NCBI RefSeq assembly: GCF_026210795.1
Contig: NC_089430.1
Coordinates: 4,030,001 to 4,094,000 of the forward strand
DNA from: Rhizophagus irregularis
Lineage: Eukaryota
DNA length: 64,000 bases
Direction: 5' to 3'
The translations under genes were made by a program, and so were the position numbers. How positions within the stretch are numbered: position 1 is the stretch's first letter; each line of letters begins with the position of its first letter. Positions 1 through 14,025 of this stretch are shown in pieces. A model generated the notes under the pieces. It saw only the letters and a list, made by a program, of their open reading frames with translations. It was not told the DNA's origin and made no database searches.

Positions 1-31
1 TTATTAAACAAATATTTTATTTCATAATATA

Positions 32-171
32 TAGCTTCGAACACTTTTAGGTAAAATCCACTATTCTCCACAACGTCAAGAAAAATTGAGTTCCAACTGT
101 AAACTACATGAAATCATTAATTTAAAAGTTGTTTTAAACGTGTCAACTCGTTGGAATTCTACATTTGATAT
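32..171 (+). pseudogene. hAT transposase, 5' fragment (continues off the left edge); interrupted after ...STRWNSTFD
   Basis: Translation LRTLLGKIHYSPQRQEKL...VSTRWNSTFD contains the hAT TRWNS motif; the frame is cut by a CACTG element terminus. Confidence 0.8.
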
Positions 172-174
172 CAC

Positions 175-418
175 TAAGGTTGCTTGTCTAAACCTCTTCA
201 AAATCTTACGATTAGTTTCGTCAAAATTTTACTATAGATTTATTATAGTTTCAGCAGAGTTTCAGCAGTTTCGGCATTTATAATAAGTTTCGGCAGTTTC
301 GCCTTTCTCCAAAGTTTCACCAGTTTTTTAATATAACTTTAATATAGTTTCAGCAGAATTTCGCTTTTTGGCGAAACGCCATCTTGCCTAAACCCCTAGG
401 TTTCGGCAAGCAACCTTA
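175..418. mobile_element. 244-bp hAT-type MITE
   Basis: TIR taaggttgcttg/caagcaacctta; 8-bp TSD gatatcac (167-174, 419-426); near-identical copy at 45044-45287. Confidence 0.92.
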
Positions 419-829
419 GATATCACTGGTCAAAATAGTCCATTTCGTCCAAATTTCAAATTGACGAATATTGGACGAAAGTTGGTCTAATTTTGGCTGA
501 TCATTACCAAAAAAATCGTCAAAATTAAAATGCACGATTTGCACAGTTCGCCTGCCACTTGGCAATTACAATTCGGCAAAAATTCATTAAAAAATCGGAA
601 ATAACTATTCGTCAACTTTTACTAGACATTCGTCCAAATTTCAAATTGCCGAATGTTGGACAAAATTGAGTCTAATTTTGTCTAATTATTAACGATTTTT
701 ATGTATTTAGCTTATTTTTAATTTTGTAATAGCAATCAATTAATTATATTTTACTATTTCGCTTTATTAAAAATTACATATTAAAAAGTATTATATTAAA
801 TTTCTAATATCTACAGTATCTGTCTATTT

Positions 830-975
830 ACACCTACCATCTACCATCCACCATTTACCATTTACTATCGTCAACCATTGTCAACCATTATTAACTATCG
901 TCCACATCCATTGTCCACTACCCATCATTCACCATCCATCGTTCACCATCATCCACCATCATCCACCATTATCTA
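830..975. repeat. Degenerate (CCAT/CCACCAT)n simple repeat inside element E
   Basis: Seen directly; mirrored as (ATGG)n at about 29720-29865. Confidence 0.8.
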
Positions 976-1029
976 CTCATCCAAAATTATCTACAACTCA
1001 CTCAGCTATCTGACAAAAGTCCGAAAGAG

Positions 1030-3300
1030 AAACCTAATAAAAAAAATAAAGAAATGGTTAGTAAACCGATTCTTTAATAAAAAAAAATTTAAGTTTCAAA
1101 ATATTTTGCAACTTACCCAACCAAAAATCTGAAGTGGAAACTTACCCATATATCCAAAGCCCAACCAAAAGTCAAAACCTACAAAATAGAAAAAAAATTA
1201 AAATAAAATTTAAAAAAAATCCTTTTTAAAATAAGTTTTGAAGTTTCACTTCAAAACTTACCCATATATCCAAAGCCCAAGAACTGAAAGTTGAAACCTA
1301 CAAAATAGAAAAATAATCAAAAATAAAATTAAAAAATATTTTTTTTTAAATTAAGTTTCAAAGTTTCTTCGAAACATACCCACATATCCAAAGCCCAAGA
1401 ACCGAAAGTCGAAACCTACAAAAAAGAAAAAAGAAACAATTAAAAAATATTTTTTTTTAAAAGTTTCGATTCTTTCATTCCGATCAAAATTTACATATAA
1501 TATATTCAACGTCCAATAACCAAAATCCTAAACCTACAAAATAAAAGAAAAAAAAATTAAAAAAATAATTTTATTTAAAAAAAGTTTTGAAGTTTTTACT
1601 CCGAAACTCACCCGTATATTCAACACCCAAGAACCGAAGGCTAAACCTACAAAATAGAAGAAAAAAAAATTTTAAAAAATATTTTTTAAAAAAAAGTTTT
1701 GAAGTTTTACTTCAAAACCTACCTATATATCCAACGTCTAAGAACTGAAAGAAACCTACAAAATAGAAAAAAGATACAATTAAAAAAAAATTTTGTTTAA
1801 AAAGTATAAAGATTCGTACTTACAAATCTTGGGTATTCTGTTCTTTGGAATCCCACCCGAGACACCTGAGACCTAAAAAAAAAATAGAAAAAGAACGGTT
1901 AGAAACTGTTCATAATATTAAAAATAAAAAATAAAAAATTAAGATTTATAGTTACTTACGAATCTTGATTTTTCATTGTTCTTCGGAACTCGAAAGCCTA
2001 CCAAACCTAAAAAAAATAAAGAAAAGAACAGTTATTAGTAACCGTTCATTAATAAAATTAAAAAAAATAAACAAAAAAATAAACCAAGATTCGTATATAC
2101 TTACGAATCTTGGTTCTTTTCTGATCTTTGGAATTTGGAAGTCCACTGAATCTAAAAAAAAGAACGAACGGTTATTAGTAACCATTCGTTAATAAAATTA
2201 AAAAAAAAATAAAATAAAAACCAAGATTCATATATATACTTACGAATCTTAGTTTTTTTCATTCTTCAGAATTTGGAAGCCTCTCCCGACACTGAACCTA
2301 TAAAAAATAAAAGAAAAAAAACGGTTAATAACCATTCATAATATTAAAAATTAAACAAATAAAAAAATAACCAAGTTTCGAACTTACGAAATTTGGTTTT
2401 TTCCATTCTTCGGAAGTTACCCCAGTACTGAACCTAAAAAAAAAGTAAAAAAAGAACGGTTAGTATTAACCGTTCATATTTTATTAAAAAAAAACAAAAA
2501 AAAAATTTAAAGAATTCATACTTACAAATTCTTTGGATTTCCATTCTTCAGAAGTCACCCGAGAGCCAAACCTAAAAAAAAAAAAAGTAAAAAAGAACGG
2601 TTATTAGTATTAACCGTTCATATTTTATTAAAAAAAACAAAAAAAAAAATTTAAAGAATTCGTACTTACGAATTCTTTGGATTTCCAATCTTCAAAGCCC
2701 ACCCGAGTGCCGAACCTAAAAAAAAGTAAAGAGAACGGTTAGTATTAACCGTTCATATTTTATTAAAAAAAAATAAAAAAAAAATTTAAAGAATTCGTAC
2801 TTACGAATTCTTTGGATTTCCAATTTTTGAAGCCCATCCGAGTGCCAAACCTAAAAAAAAAAGTAAAGAGAACAGTTAGTATTAACCGTTCATATTTTAT
2901 TAAAAAAAAATAAAAAAAAAAATTTAAAGAATTCGTACTTACGAATTCTTTGGATTTCCAATTTTTGAAGCCCATCCGAGTGCCAAACCTAAAAAAAAAG
3001 TAAAGAGAACGGTTAGTATTAACCGTTCATATTTTATTAAAAAAAAAACAAAAAAAAATTTAAAAAATTCGTACTTACGAATTCTTTGGATTTCTATTCT
3101 TCAGAAATCACCCAAGAGCCAAACCTAAAAAAAAAGTAAAATAGAACGGTTATCATTAGTATTAACCATTCATATTTTATTAAAAAAAAATAAAAAAAAA
3201 TCCAAAGAATTCGTACTTACGAATCTTTGGATTTCTGTACTTTAGAAGTCCACCCGAGTGCCGAAACTATAAAAAAGAACGGTTAGTTTTAACCGTTCAT
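1030..3300 (-). repeat. Tandem array (~18 units) of micro-exon/intron-like units
   Basis: On the minus strand each unit reads poly(T)-TAG / short segment / GT(A/G)AGT, many with TACTAAC upstream. Confidence 0.8.
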
Positions 3301-3805
3301 ATTTTAATTAAAAAAAAAGGGACGAAAGGAAGTGGAAAGGGGAAGGGGAAAGGGGAAAGGGGAAGGGAAGGAAGGAAAGGAAAGGAGAGGAAAGGGGAAA
3401 GGGAAAGAAGGGAAGGGAAAGGAAGAAATTAAAAAAGTTTAAAAAAGGATGCATAAGATGAATCTTTTTTAAACTTTTAATACGCATATTGCGTAATGTG
3501 TAACATTTAATTAGTAACATAATTCAATCATAGATCATCGAATATAGGCCAATTTGTATTAAGGCCAAATATTCCAAGTCGATCGTGTGGTTAATAAAAA
3601 AATTGATAAAAAAAAAGTACTGGTCGATTTATGGTTTTTTTTTATGTTACAACTCAATCAAAAATTAACCAAAAATCGACCAGTTGATTTATGCCAAAAT
3701 ATTTCCAAATTTTGTAATTAGCCGATTGTATGACGAATCACGTGACGACGATGATGAACTTTTGACGAAAAGTATTAATGCTGAAAGAAATGATTTCGAC
3801 CAGTA

Positions 3806-4386
3806 TAACGTTTCTTTTTTTATTCTTTTTTGTAGATTTCGGCTTCCTGGATTATTTGGGATATTGGGTAAATATGTAGGGAGGTTTGGAATTTACTTTG
3901 AAGAAACATACTAATGTTTCTTTTATATTGGGATATGGGTAGTGTGTGGGGTGGGTTTACTTTAAACAAACATAATAATTTTATTTTGGTTCAAATTAAT
4001 AAATAATTTCATATTACTATATAATAAACTATAAACTAATGAATATATTATGGCTTGAATTAAAATCCGAAAAAAAAAATTCGGTATAATAATAAAAAAA
4101 TTATCAGATTGAACGGATTCAATCCCAATTTTCTGATGGATTTTGGGGCATACCTATACCGTACTGTAAGTCATATATATGACATACTATGCCGAAATAT
4201 TTCACTTTTCACCGATATATAGATGCCCGATATATAACCGATAATATAGATTTTGACCAGTGTGTATCAGTGATATATTGGGTACCCGATGTGTACCCGA
4301 TATATGTAACTGCCCGATATATATCCGATTTATTACCAATATATAGGTGCCTGATATATACCCGATAGCATAGATTTTGACCAGTG
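3806..4386 (-). mobile_element. Displaced terminal part of CACTG element B (joins 30253 onward before the inversion)
   Basis: Same repeat unit as 30253-30850; terminus gattttgaccagtg at 4386 and a second one at 4262; tta TSD shared with 30253. Confidence 0.75.
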
Positions 4387-6047
4387 CTTGTGCTGCTCAC
4401 ACCCTATAACTCTCAATTAATTGTGCATTTCAAAAAACTAACATTTAAATTAAACAAATTAAACGTTTAGTACATTTTTTTACAAGTTCTCCTAAGTAAA
4501 GTGAGCGTCTTAATAATACTTAAAAGGAATGTCAAAGGCATAAAAATACCTCTTTACAAGATATTTCTGATAATTCTAGTGATGATTCTGATGATGATGA
4601 TGATAGCACGAATAAACAAGTACTAAACATTTCAACTAATTTGCAAGAACCAATTTTGCGAAATATTGCAGATATTAAAACCTGATGGAATTCCAAATGG
4701 AACCATTTGTTAAAATTATGTAAAGCAATTGAGTGACTATGTGCAACATTATCTTTATCTGATAATTATGATGATCATGCAGATGGGAGAAGATTTAAAA
4801 AATGGCTTTTATTACTTCATGAATGAATTTATTAAAACAAATTGTAGATCTATTAGAGCAGGATTCTACTTACTTATAATAAAAGTCATTGTAGAAAATT
4901 GATTTTTTACTAATAGTTTTTACCTTACTTTTTTCTTAAATTCTATTGGTTAATTAGCTAAAAAGGAAAAAAATCATAACAATGTAACATAAAATTTCCT
5001 TTTATAGTAGGATCTGCAAAGAATTTTATATATGATTTTTACCTTAAGCCTGAAGGTGACTTATCTTATAAGTAAGCAGGGTCCTATTAGAGCTTTTTGA
5101 AGATGCCGTGACATACTTTAGTAGAACATCCTATGCTACTTTGTCAATTATTTATCCTTTGATTCAAGTTCTCAAATTTAAATATGCTGAAAATGATGAA
5201 GTCAATGATGATGATTTAGAATTAGAACAAGGTAAATTGAATATATTGTTATTATAAATTATTATATTATTTTAAAAATTATATTGCTAATTAATTATAA
5301 TTTATTTAAAGATACTCCAAATTTTTAGCATGAAGAATCAGATGAAGAAAGCGACTTAAGCAGACGCGATAGTGACGAAGATAATTCAGAAACGATACTC
5401 AGGAGCAATCAACAATACATCATCACCAAACTCAATCTAAAGTAGCAGCAGCATCAACTATTCAGCCAGCATAAGATATTCTTAAAATAATGAAACAGAC
5501 TATTTATAATTCTTTGTTTGTCTATTGGAATGAATCCATAATGATTGGTCTTTTAGCATTTCTTTTAGATCTGCGTTTGAAAACACTCTCTAACTGGGAT
5601 GAAGAAACATGCAACAAAGCAAAAACAGAATTAATACATCAATTTAAAGAATTAATTGATTTAAATTTGGTACAATCATCACCATCTGGTAGGCTTAAAA
5701 AGCTAACAATAACATCGTATGATCAATTACGCACTTTATTTTTGGTGTGCAGGTGACAGCAAATCCCTTTTCTGAATTAGAAAGTTATTTGGATCCTATT
5801 CGTACACCAATAGCTGCTTATAGCGTGAATCCTTTTGAGTGGTGGGCAATTCGGAAAACTCAATTTCCTAATGTTGCTAAATTAGCTAGAAAATATTTAT
5901 CTATTTCCAGTTCATCAGTACCCAGTGAAAGATTATTTTCTGACACGGATAACTAAATTACTGCAAAACGTACACATTTAGATTCAAAACTGGCGGGTAA
6001 AATGATGTTTTTAAAGAGAAATTCAAATGCAATTCATATATTTTAGT
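4387..6047 (+). pseudogene. hAT transposase pseudogene, 5'-truncated by a CACTG terminus
   Basis: CAAHTL (CxxH) at the start; C-terminal dimerisation motif WW..FPNVAKLARKYLSISSSSVPSERLFS; many stops and frameshifts; MITE insertion. Confidence 0.85.
4860..5085. mobile_element. MITE, AGGA-terminus family
   Basis: TIR aggattctacttacttataa/ttataagtaagcagggtcct; 8-bp TSD attagagc. Confidence 0.88.
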
Positions 6048-7029
6048 TGAAGTATTTTTCACAATTGTAAATTGAAATTTAAATAAAAAACTTCTTAAAT
6101 CTGTTCCAAATTACAATTTACTGTATATAATATTGTATGATAATGTATGTAAATCAAATCACTAAAATGATTAATTAAAATTATACTTCTCCGCTAATTA
6201 ATTACGTCATATTTCGGTGAACGGACTAATTCATTATTTATTATAAAATTACTATGAATTAATTACGTCTGTCAAAATAAATTTAATTAGTATTTTGTCA
6301 TTTTAACAAAAAGTATAATTAAAATATTAAATATATAATAATATGCAATAATTTTATTAATTTAATTTAATAATTACGAAATAAATACAAATTAAATTTT
6401 GTTTATTAACAACAAACCCATTTTAAATACTGCGCCAATAAACCACCCAATTTCAACTGGATACGATTTTAAAAATTACATGGATATCCAGATGATCATT
6501 TATGATACGGTTCCAATCTCTAATATTAATGAAGATTTTAAAAACTGTAAGTTATGATGAAACTTACCATTTTTATTTTTTTATTTTATTTTTTTTTTTA
6601 ATAAAAAGTATGTATTCAGAAAAAATTTATGGTTATTTATTTCTTTATATATAACGTTTACTAATTAATTTAACTTATTTATTAGTAAGCTCTTTGAATT
6701 TATTATTTACAATTAAATCAGAATTTATTATTTTTTATTATTCTAGAGAAATATGTAATATATGTAATTATATGAAATAAATAAATATACGTTTATACAA
6801 TTTAATAAATACATATTAATAATAAATAAATATAAATAAATATATATATATTAATAAATAAAATAATAAATAAATATCTTAGGAGATTTTTCCAATTCTT
6901 AGGAATTCTATAAACATTTTTAATTCTAAAAATCCGCTGAGGTAGGGAAGAATCTACACAAATCCTTACTATTTACAGAAAATAAGGATTTCACATGGAT
7001 CTTTACTCCTAAAACATTACCGATGTTAA

Positions 7030-7209
7030 GGTAAAAATTATATATAAAATTCTTTGCAGATCCTACTATAAAAGGAAATTTTATATTACATTGTTATAAT
7101 TTCCTTTTTAGCTAATTAACCAATAAAATTTAAGAAAAAAGTAAGGTAAAAACTATTAGTAAAGGACTAATTTTCTACAGTGACCTTTATTATAAGTAAG
7201 CAGGATCCT
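7030..7209. mobile_element. Partial inverted copy of the AGGA-terminus MITE
   Basis: Reverse complement of 4860-5045; ends taagtaagcaggatcct; left end not resolved. Confidence 0.7.
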
Positions 7210-7670
7210 GGTATATCCTAAAAAATGCAACAAATGTGTTCTAAAATATATAGCTATTTTAAAAATCTTTTTGCATCTTATTTTGATAAACTTAGTACAA
7301 CTCTAGATATGAATAGGTATTTTTACAGACTTTTACATAATGATATAATATAAAGAACTAGATGAGTTTAAGAAGAAAAATTAGGTGATACACTAAAAAT
7401 AAATCCTACATCACGAAATTTAATCAAATAGGAGTCTTGTATTTATCAAATGACAGTATTTGATAAGTATTAAAAATTTGCATTTATTAAGTAATAAAAA
7501 AATAAAATACTTAAATATTACAATATTTTATTATTTATTAATTATTTAATTTTTTAAGCATTTTTTTAATACTTTAATTTAACATTCATAGATACTTATC
7601 AATATATCTTGTATCAATAAGTGCTATTTATAAATATTTAGTAAATGCTTTGATAAACATTATGATGTAC

Positions 7671-9445
7671 CACTAGTCAAAATAAGGCAAATCAGAAATA
7701 AAGCAAATCATCTTTATTTCGGCTAAATTTTGGCTAATAATCAATGATCATCTGTATATCAGGTGATATTTGGTGTAGCCGATTTCTGATTTCACTAGTT
7801 GAAAAAGACCAGTCTATATTCAATTAAAAATTCAACTATGATTTATGATTAGACATTGGTCAAATAATCTAATTAAACATCATGTGTTACGCGTATCAAA
7901 AGATATTTTTTAAACTTTTCCCTTTCCCTTCTTTTCACTTCTCTTCGTCTCTTACTCCTTTACTTTCCCTTGTCCTTCCTTATTATCCATCCTTCCCTTC
8001 CTCTATTATCTTTTCCTTTCCCTTTCGTCTTTCCCTTACTTCCCCTTTCGCTCTCTCCCTTTTCTTATACCTTTCTTCTGCCTCTTTTTCTTAAAAGTAA
8101 TGTAAGTTTTGTTTCAAAACTTACATATTTTTTTTTAATTTATTTTTTTTTAATTTTATATTTTTTTTAATTTAAGAAATGAATTAACGTTTCTTTTCAT
8201 TGTTTTTTTTTGTAGGACGCTGACTTTAACACAAAACTGGACTTTAAGATAAAAACGGGAAAGGAGAAGTTTTGTTAATTTAAGAAATGAACTAACGTTT
8301 CTTTTTATTATTTTTTTTGTAGGATGCATAGGAGAACGCTGGCTTTAACATAAAACTGGACTTTAAGGTAAAAAATAGGGGAAGGAAGATGAGATTTAAG
8401 AAACAGATTAATTAAGTCTTTGGTTTTTATTTTTTAAATATTTCGGAATGGTTACTAACAGTTCCTTTTTCTTTTTATGATAGGTTCAGTGGATTTCCGA
8501 TAAATGAATGAACCAAGATTTGTAAGTACGAATCTTAGTTTATTTATTTTTTTTATTACTTAGAATGGTTTACTAACCGTTCCTTTCTTTTATTTTTTAG
8601 GTTTCGTTTAACTTCTGAAGATTAGAAAAAAAGGAACCAAGATTCGTAAGTACGAATCTTGGTTTATTTTTGTTTTTTTTTATTACTTGGAACGGTTTAC
8701 TAACCGTCCTTTTCTTTTATTTTTTAGGTTTCGGTTGACTTCTGAAGATCAAAAAAAAAGGAACTAAGATTCGTAAATACGAATCTTAGTTTATTTTTTA
8801 TTTTTTTTATTATTTTAGAATGGTTTACTAACTGTTCCTTTCTTTTTTTTTTATAGGTAGGCTTCCAAGTTCTGAAGAATGGAAAAAGATCAAGATTTGT
8901 AAGTATATATGAATCTTGGTTAAATTTTTTTTATTAATATTAATGAATGGTTACTAATAACCGTTCTTTTTTTTATAGGTTCAAGTGGATTTCTGATGAA
9001 TGGATAAACTAAAACTAAGATTTGTACTAAAACCAAGATTCGTAAGTATGAATCTTGGTTTATTTTATTATTATTATTTTATTATAATTTTAAATTAGCA
9101 ATATTTATTTGTAATTTAGATAGATGCTAATAATAATAATATAATTATAAAGTTTTTAAGCATTTAATTAATAAATACATTTAAAAAATTTGATAATAAA
9201 AATTGAAATAAATTCAGAAAAAAATAGTCCGATTTTTGTCCAATTTAAGTTCTGAAGTACATCTGATTGATTGTCTGAATTTAGTCTGATTTAATTCTGA
9301 TTTATATCCAATTTAAATTCCAAAGTACATTTAATTGATAACAATCAGAATATATTTTTTTTGCAAAAATTGGATATATTTAAGCCGTAATTCAACCTAA
9401 AATCAGATATCCAATTTTAGCCGATTTGCCTTATTTCGACTAGTG
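7671..9445 (+). mobile_element. Non-autonomous CACTA element with micro-exon-like array
   Basis: 23-bp TIR cactagtc(a/g)aaataaggcaaatc; 3-bp TSD tac. Confidence 0.92.
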
Positions 9446-10078
9446 TACCAATAATAATTCAGTATTTTAGCCTTATAAGAAAATCAGAATACAGATATAA
9501 AAATTATTAAAGAACTAAAATACTAATTACTGATCATTTCATTTGTATTACAAAATAAACCTCTTAATATTATACAAGTCCAGCCATTTATTCCAAAAAG
9601 AAAGAATAAACAGATTACATATATATGCTGATATCATCTTACAAGGCTTAGTCAGTGATAATGATAGGCCTATAACTCTCACCTTTTGGCTTTAAATAAA
9701 GCGTTTAATATACTTTTAAGAAGAGCAATACATTAAAATTTAAAATGCAAATGCAAAAGGATAAAAAGTTGAAGCATTATAAATTGAAGAAACATATATT
9801 TACAATCATGATTGGATACACTCTTATAAATAAAGAGAGTATTAGAAAGATTGTAATATATAATATTTCTGTAATATTTATTTAATTCAATATTTTTAAT
9901 GGCTTCAAACTTTGGGATTATACTATTGCAATAAAAATTAAAATGCAAAAGAAGTACATAATAGTTATACTATCAATAGAATTTTTTGAAAGAATAATAA
10001 ATTTATAAAATGAGAAACTTAAACAACTCCTTTTTACGATATGCTTATATAATAGTTTTCAGTATCCTAAACTTTGAA

Positions 10079-10304
10079 AAGACTCCACTAACTTATAATA
10101 AAGATTACCATAAAAAATTGATCTTTTATTAATAATTTTTACCTTACTTTTTTCTTAAATTTTATTGATTAATTAGCTAAAAAAGAAAAAAATTATAACA
10201 ATATAACATAAAATTTCTTTTTATAGTAAGATCTACAAAAAATTTTATATATGATTTTTACCTTAAGTCTGAAGATGACCTATCTTATAAGTAAGTGAAG
10301 TCCT
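10079..10304. mobile_element. MITE, AGGA-terminus family (degenerate)
   Basis: Homologous to 4860-5085; TSD actttgaa/acttttaa. Confidence 0.8.
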
Positions 10305-10602
10305 ACTTTTAAAGTAACATAAAAAATGTAAAAGATTTCAAGGTGTATTAATAAACATACTTATTGGCCTTAATGCAAGTGTTTTATATCTGCCAATAAT
10401 CTAATTTAATTATTGTTAGCATCTTATAAAAGTTGCTATGCATATAAGATAATTTAAGAATATGAGCATAGAAAGTTAATTATATATTATGATATATGAA
10501 TTAGTTTGGATAAAGTATTAAATATAGAATTTCCTTCAAAAAATATAAAGGTAAATAAAAAAGGTCTTTTTGTCCATCTTAAATAGACTTAGAAATAGGC
10601 TA

Positions 10603-10880
10603 CACTGGTAAAAAAATGGTATATCACTGCATATCCATACACATATCTTACATATATCGAATGCTGAAAATGTAGAAAATATGCACAAATAATACACGTA
10701 TCATATACATATAGATACTTATATATATAGTATACCTATCAGGTACCTGATATATGTATGATATATATATTAGTACCCGATATGTGTATGATATGTGTAT
10801 TATTTGTGTATGATTTTCTACATTTTAAGTACCCAATATGTGTAAGATATGTGTAGGATAAATCATTTTTTTCCACAGAG
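10603..10880. mobile_element. Small CACTG MITE
   Basis: Starts cactggtaaaaa; tacccgatatgtgt subterminal repeats shared with 40680-41058; right end degenerate. Confidence 0.6.
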
Positions 10881-11797
10881 TACCAAAGCAACGAATCCTG
10901 CTAGAAGTAAAAGCTAAGGTAAAAATCTCAATATATTGCAAAAGAAATAACTTAATATTCAGTTTAAGAAGGGAAAGTTTTATAAAAATAATATGTACAA
11001 AAAAAGCTTTAACGGTTATTATTTACTAATCCTTTTTTTAAAAAATTTTTTACTCTGACTTTTATTTTACTTTTTTTATTTTCTTGTTTTTATATCCTAA
11101 ATTTTATGTTGCAATTACAGTAAGTCTTTGAATATTTACAGGAAAGAAAGGTTCTCCTCTAAAAAAGAACTTCTTCAAGAAGCATTTACTTTTCTAGTCC
11201 AGAATTCCAACTGACAGTACACATATGATTGTTCCATCATAAATTAATAAGTGATTTAATACTTATTAAATTAGTTTAAAAATTTTTTTATATATTATAT
11301 GTATACATATTATGAATTTATTTTTTTTACTAATAAAATATTCAAATGTACTGCAGCCAAAAAAAAAATATATATATAAAGTTAAAAATAGTATTCAAAA
11401 TATATATATATTTTTTTTAAATACTTTGAATTTGAGGTTGCATCATGGTTTTTAATAATGATGTGATCGTTTAAGTGACGAATTCACATTCTTTTATGAA
11501 AAGTAGTCTTGTTTTATAATGCTTAATTCTTATATGTATTTGTTTATCTTATATTTTGTAAGTTTTTATATATGTAAGTAGTTGTGATTATAATAGTACA
11601 TGATCGCATCTATAATAAAGTATTAAAAAAAAAAAAAAATATTTTTTTAAATAAACTTGCAGATAAAACTCTAATCAATTCAATCCTAATTTGATAATCC
11701 AGACTGAAAATTCAAATTGGTTCAGTCTGAATTGATATTTTAATTAGATTAAAATATTTAGTTTAATCTAATCTAATTTTGGATTATAAATCTACTC

Positions 11798-11993
11798 TAA
11801 GGTTGTGAGCGAAATCCCATAGTAAATGCGAAACTTGACAAACCTATATTAAAATATTAATAAAAATTTGGTGAAACTTGACTATAAAATCATATGAAAT
11901 GACAAAACTATAATAAATTTTTATAAAAAAATTGACGAAACTGAGGTTTAAACGTTTTGCCAAATTCAAAAACCAGTTTAGCCTGCAACCTTA
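11798..11993. mobile_element. hAT-type MITE
   Basis: TIR taaggttg/caacctta; 8-bp TSD atctactc. Confidence 0.88.
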
Positions 11994-13097
11994 ATCTACT
12001 CAGAACTGAATTAAATGGGTTGAGACTAAACTGGATTGAATAATTATTTTTATAATAATTTTATATTAAAACTATTGTGATTGTTTAATTATTAAATATA
12101 AAAATATTGCAAAATATTTTTTTTAATATATTATTATAAAAAAAATATTTTTGCAACATTTCTATAATTAATATAATGAAGAAATATTGCAATTCATTTT
12201 TTTAAAGTAATTTTAATTAAAAAAACATTTTTGTAACATTTTTAATTAATTTAATGAAAAAACATGCAAATTATTTTTTCAAAATAATTTTAATTAAAAA
12301 AATGTTGCAAAATATTTTTTAAAGTAATTTTAATTAAAAAATGTTTTTGCAATATTATTTTAATTAATTTAACAAAAAAATGTTGTGAAATATTTTTTAA
12401 AGTAATTATAATTAAAAAATATGTTCACAATATTTTTTATTATAGGATTAGATAGACTGAACAAGATCAAATGCAAAATAACTGGTTTTGTCTGATCTGA
12501 TTCTGAATTATTTTTTAACATAAACTGGATCATATCGAAATAAACCAATTTTTCAGTTCAGTCCTAAATTACTTCTTAACCAAACCAATCTAAACTATTT
12601 AGAATTTTATTTGCAAAGCAGGCTAAAATATGCTTATTTTATGGTTTTTAAATTTATATTAATCTTAATTTATGAAAAAATTAATCAAATTATATTATAT
12701 TAAATTACATGATTCTACTCTTTAAACATTATCTATAATGGATCAATTATCTAATTAGCTATAATAAAAATAATTTGATAAACTGGATTATATGATTATT
12801 AGCCAATAAAATTTAAGTAGTAAATTTTAATTTTAGTTTGAATTATAAAAATCTTAATTTTAGCTGAAATTATATATTATTATATTCAATTAAAAATATT
12901 TTATATTAATTTTTATGACTTCTATAATTTAAAATTAAGATAAAAAAATTAAATTATAGTGATATATTAACATTAAAAATTCAATATAATAGATTTTTAA
13001 TATGGAGATGTCCATAGCAAAAGGAAGGAATAGGCCAAAAAATTCAAATTTGAGATTTTATTATAATAAAAAAATATAGTTTTTTATTAATAATATA

Positions 13098-13529
13098 GGA
13101 TATTGCTAAATATCACCAGTAGTGATTGTTACCATACCACTTAATTCTGGCTGAAAATTATAATTTTGGCCAGAGTTAAAAAACACATCGTAAATTTTTT
13201 TTCAAAAATTTCAATTTAAATAATAAATGTGTAAAACAAACCTGAGTAGATACTAATCACACTAAAATTTTGAAAATTTGACTAAAAAAAATCTTTTTTA
13301 AAACAAAAAATTGTATTTTGCTTATAAAATCAAACTTTCCTATTTTTCTCAAAAACTATCTAAACAACAGCTTTTATAATCTAAGGCAAACTTGTTCTAC
13401 CCATAAATTTACATATAGTAATAATATTTATATTATAATTAAAATAATATCTCAGTCAAAAATTTTTGAAAATTCAAAAAATATTTTATTTGTGATGACG
13501 ATCACCACTGGTGATATTTAGCAATACCC
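13098..13529. mobile_element. Mutator-like MITE
   Basis: ~35-bp TIR gg(a/g)tattgctaaatatcaccagt; 9-bp TSD aataatata. Confidence 0.85.
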
Positions 13530-13791
13530 AATAATATATTAGTAAAAAAAGTTTAATTTTGAAATTTTCTTATTATTTGCATTTTACTTTTATAGTATTA
13601 ACAAGCAACATAAACTTATTAAAAGAAAATTAATACTCTTAGTAAATTGCCTGTAAAATTTAGTTTTAAATAAAAAAAAAGGTCCAAAAATCAATTTATT
13701 TCACAATTAAGTGATGATCTGCCAAATTTATCACGTGATTTATATTGCGATTTTTTTAAAATTACAGAATTATCTTTTTGCTATGGGCATC

Positions 13792-14025
13792 AGGACCCAG
13801 AAATATGTATAAAAGGGTCAGGTTTGAGTTTGCGTATTTTGAACTAAAAAAATCATGAAAATCTTTCCTTTTTTAGATTACTTTTGATAATTCCAGTCAG
13901 AATTTTATTTCCTATTATAGTATCCAACTGACATTATCATAATTCCGGCCCTGAAAAAATGCGTACAGCTCATAGTAAAAAATTTTTTTCATCACCTGAC
14001 CCCTATATACATATTTCTGGGTCCT
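13792..14025. mobile_element. MITE with AGGA termini (second family)
   Basis: TIR aggacccagaaatatgtat; 8-bp TSD tgggcatc. Confidence 0.9.

Larger units (their letters stand above)
424..3805. mobile_element. Non-autonomous CACTG (CACTA/CMC-type) element E, copy 1
   Basis: Termini cactggtcaaaa ... tttcgaccagta; reverse-complement copy at 27364-30252; internal ~120-140 bp unit arrays. Confidence 0.9.

Noticed and set aside
1030..3300. CRISPR-like appearance of regularly spaced palindromic repeats (also 27860-29700)
   Set aside because: Eukaryotic context, no cas genes, and the 'spacers' are homologous to each other
878..3914. Short ORFs inside element E and its copy
   Set aside because: Non-ATG or low-complexity frames running through T/A tracts; no coding evidence
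11655..12625. Older hAT-like element around the 11798 MITE
   Set aside because: Imperfect inverted ends visible but no convincing TSD, so boundaries are unsupported
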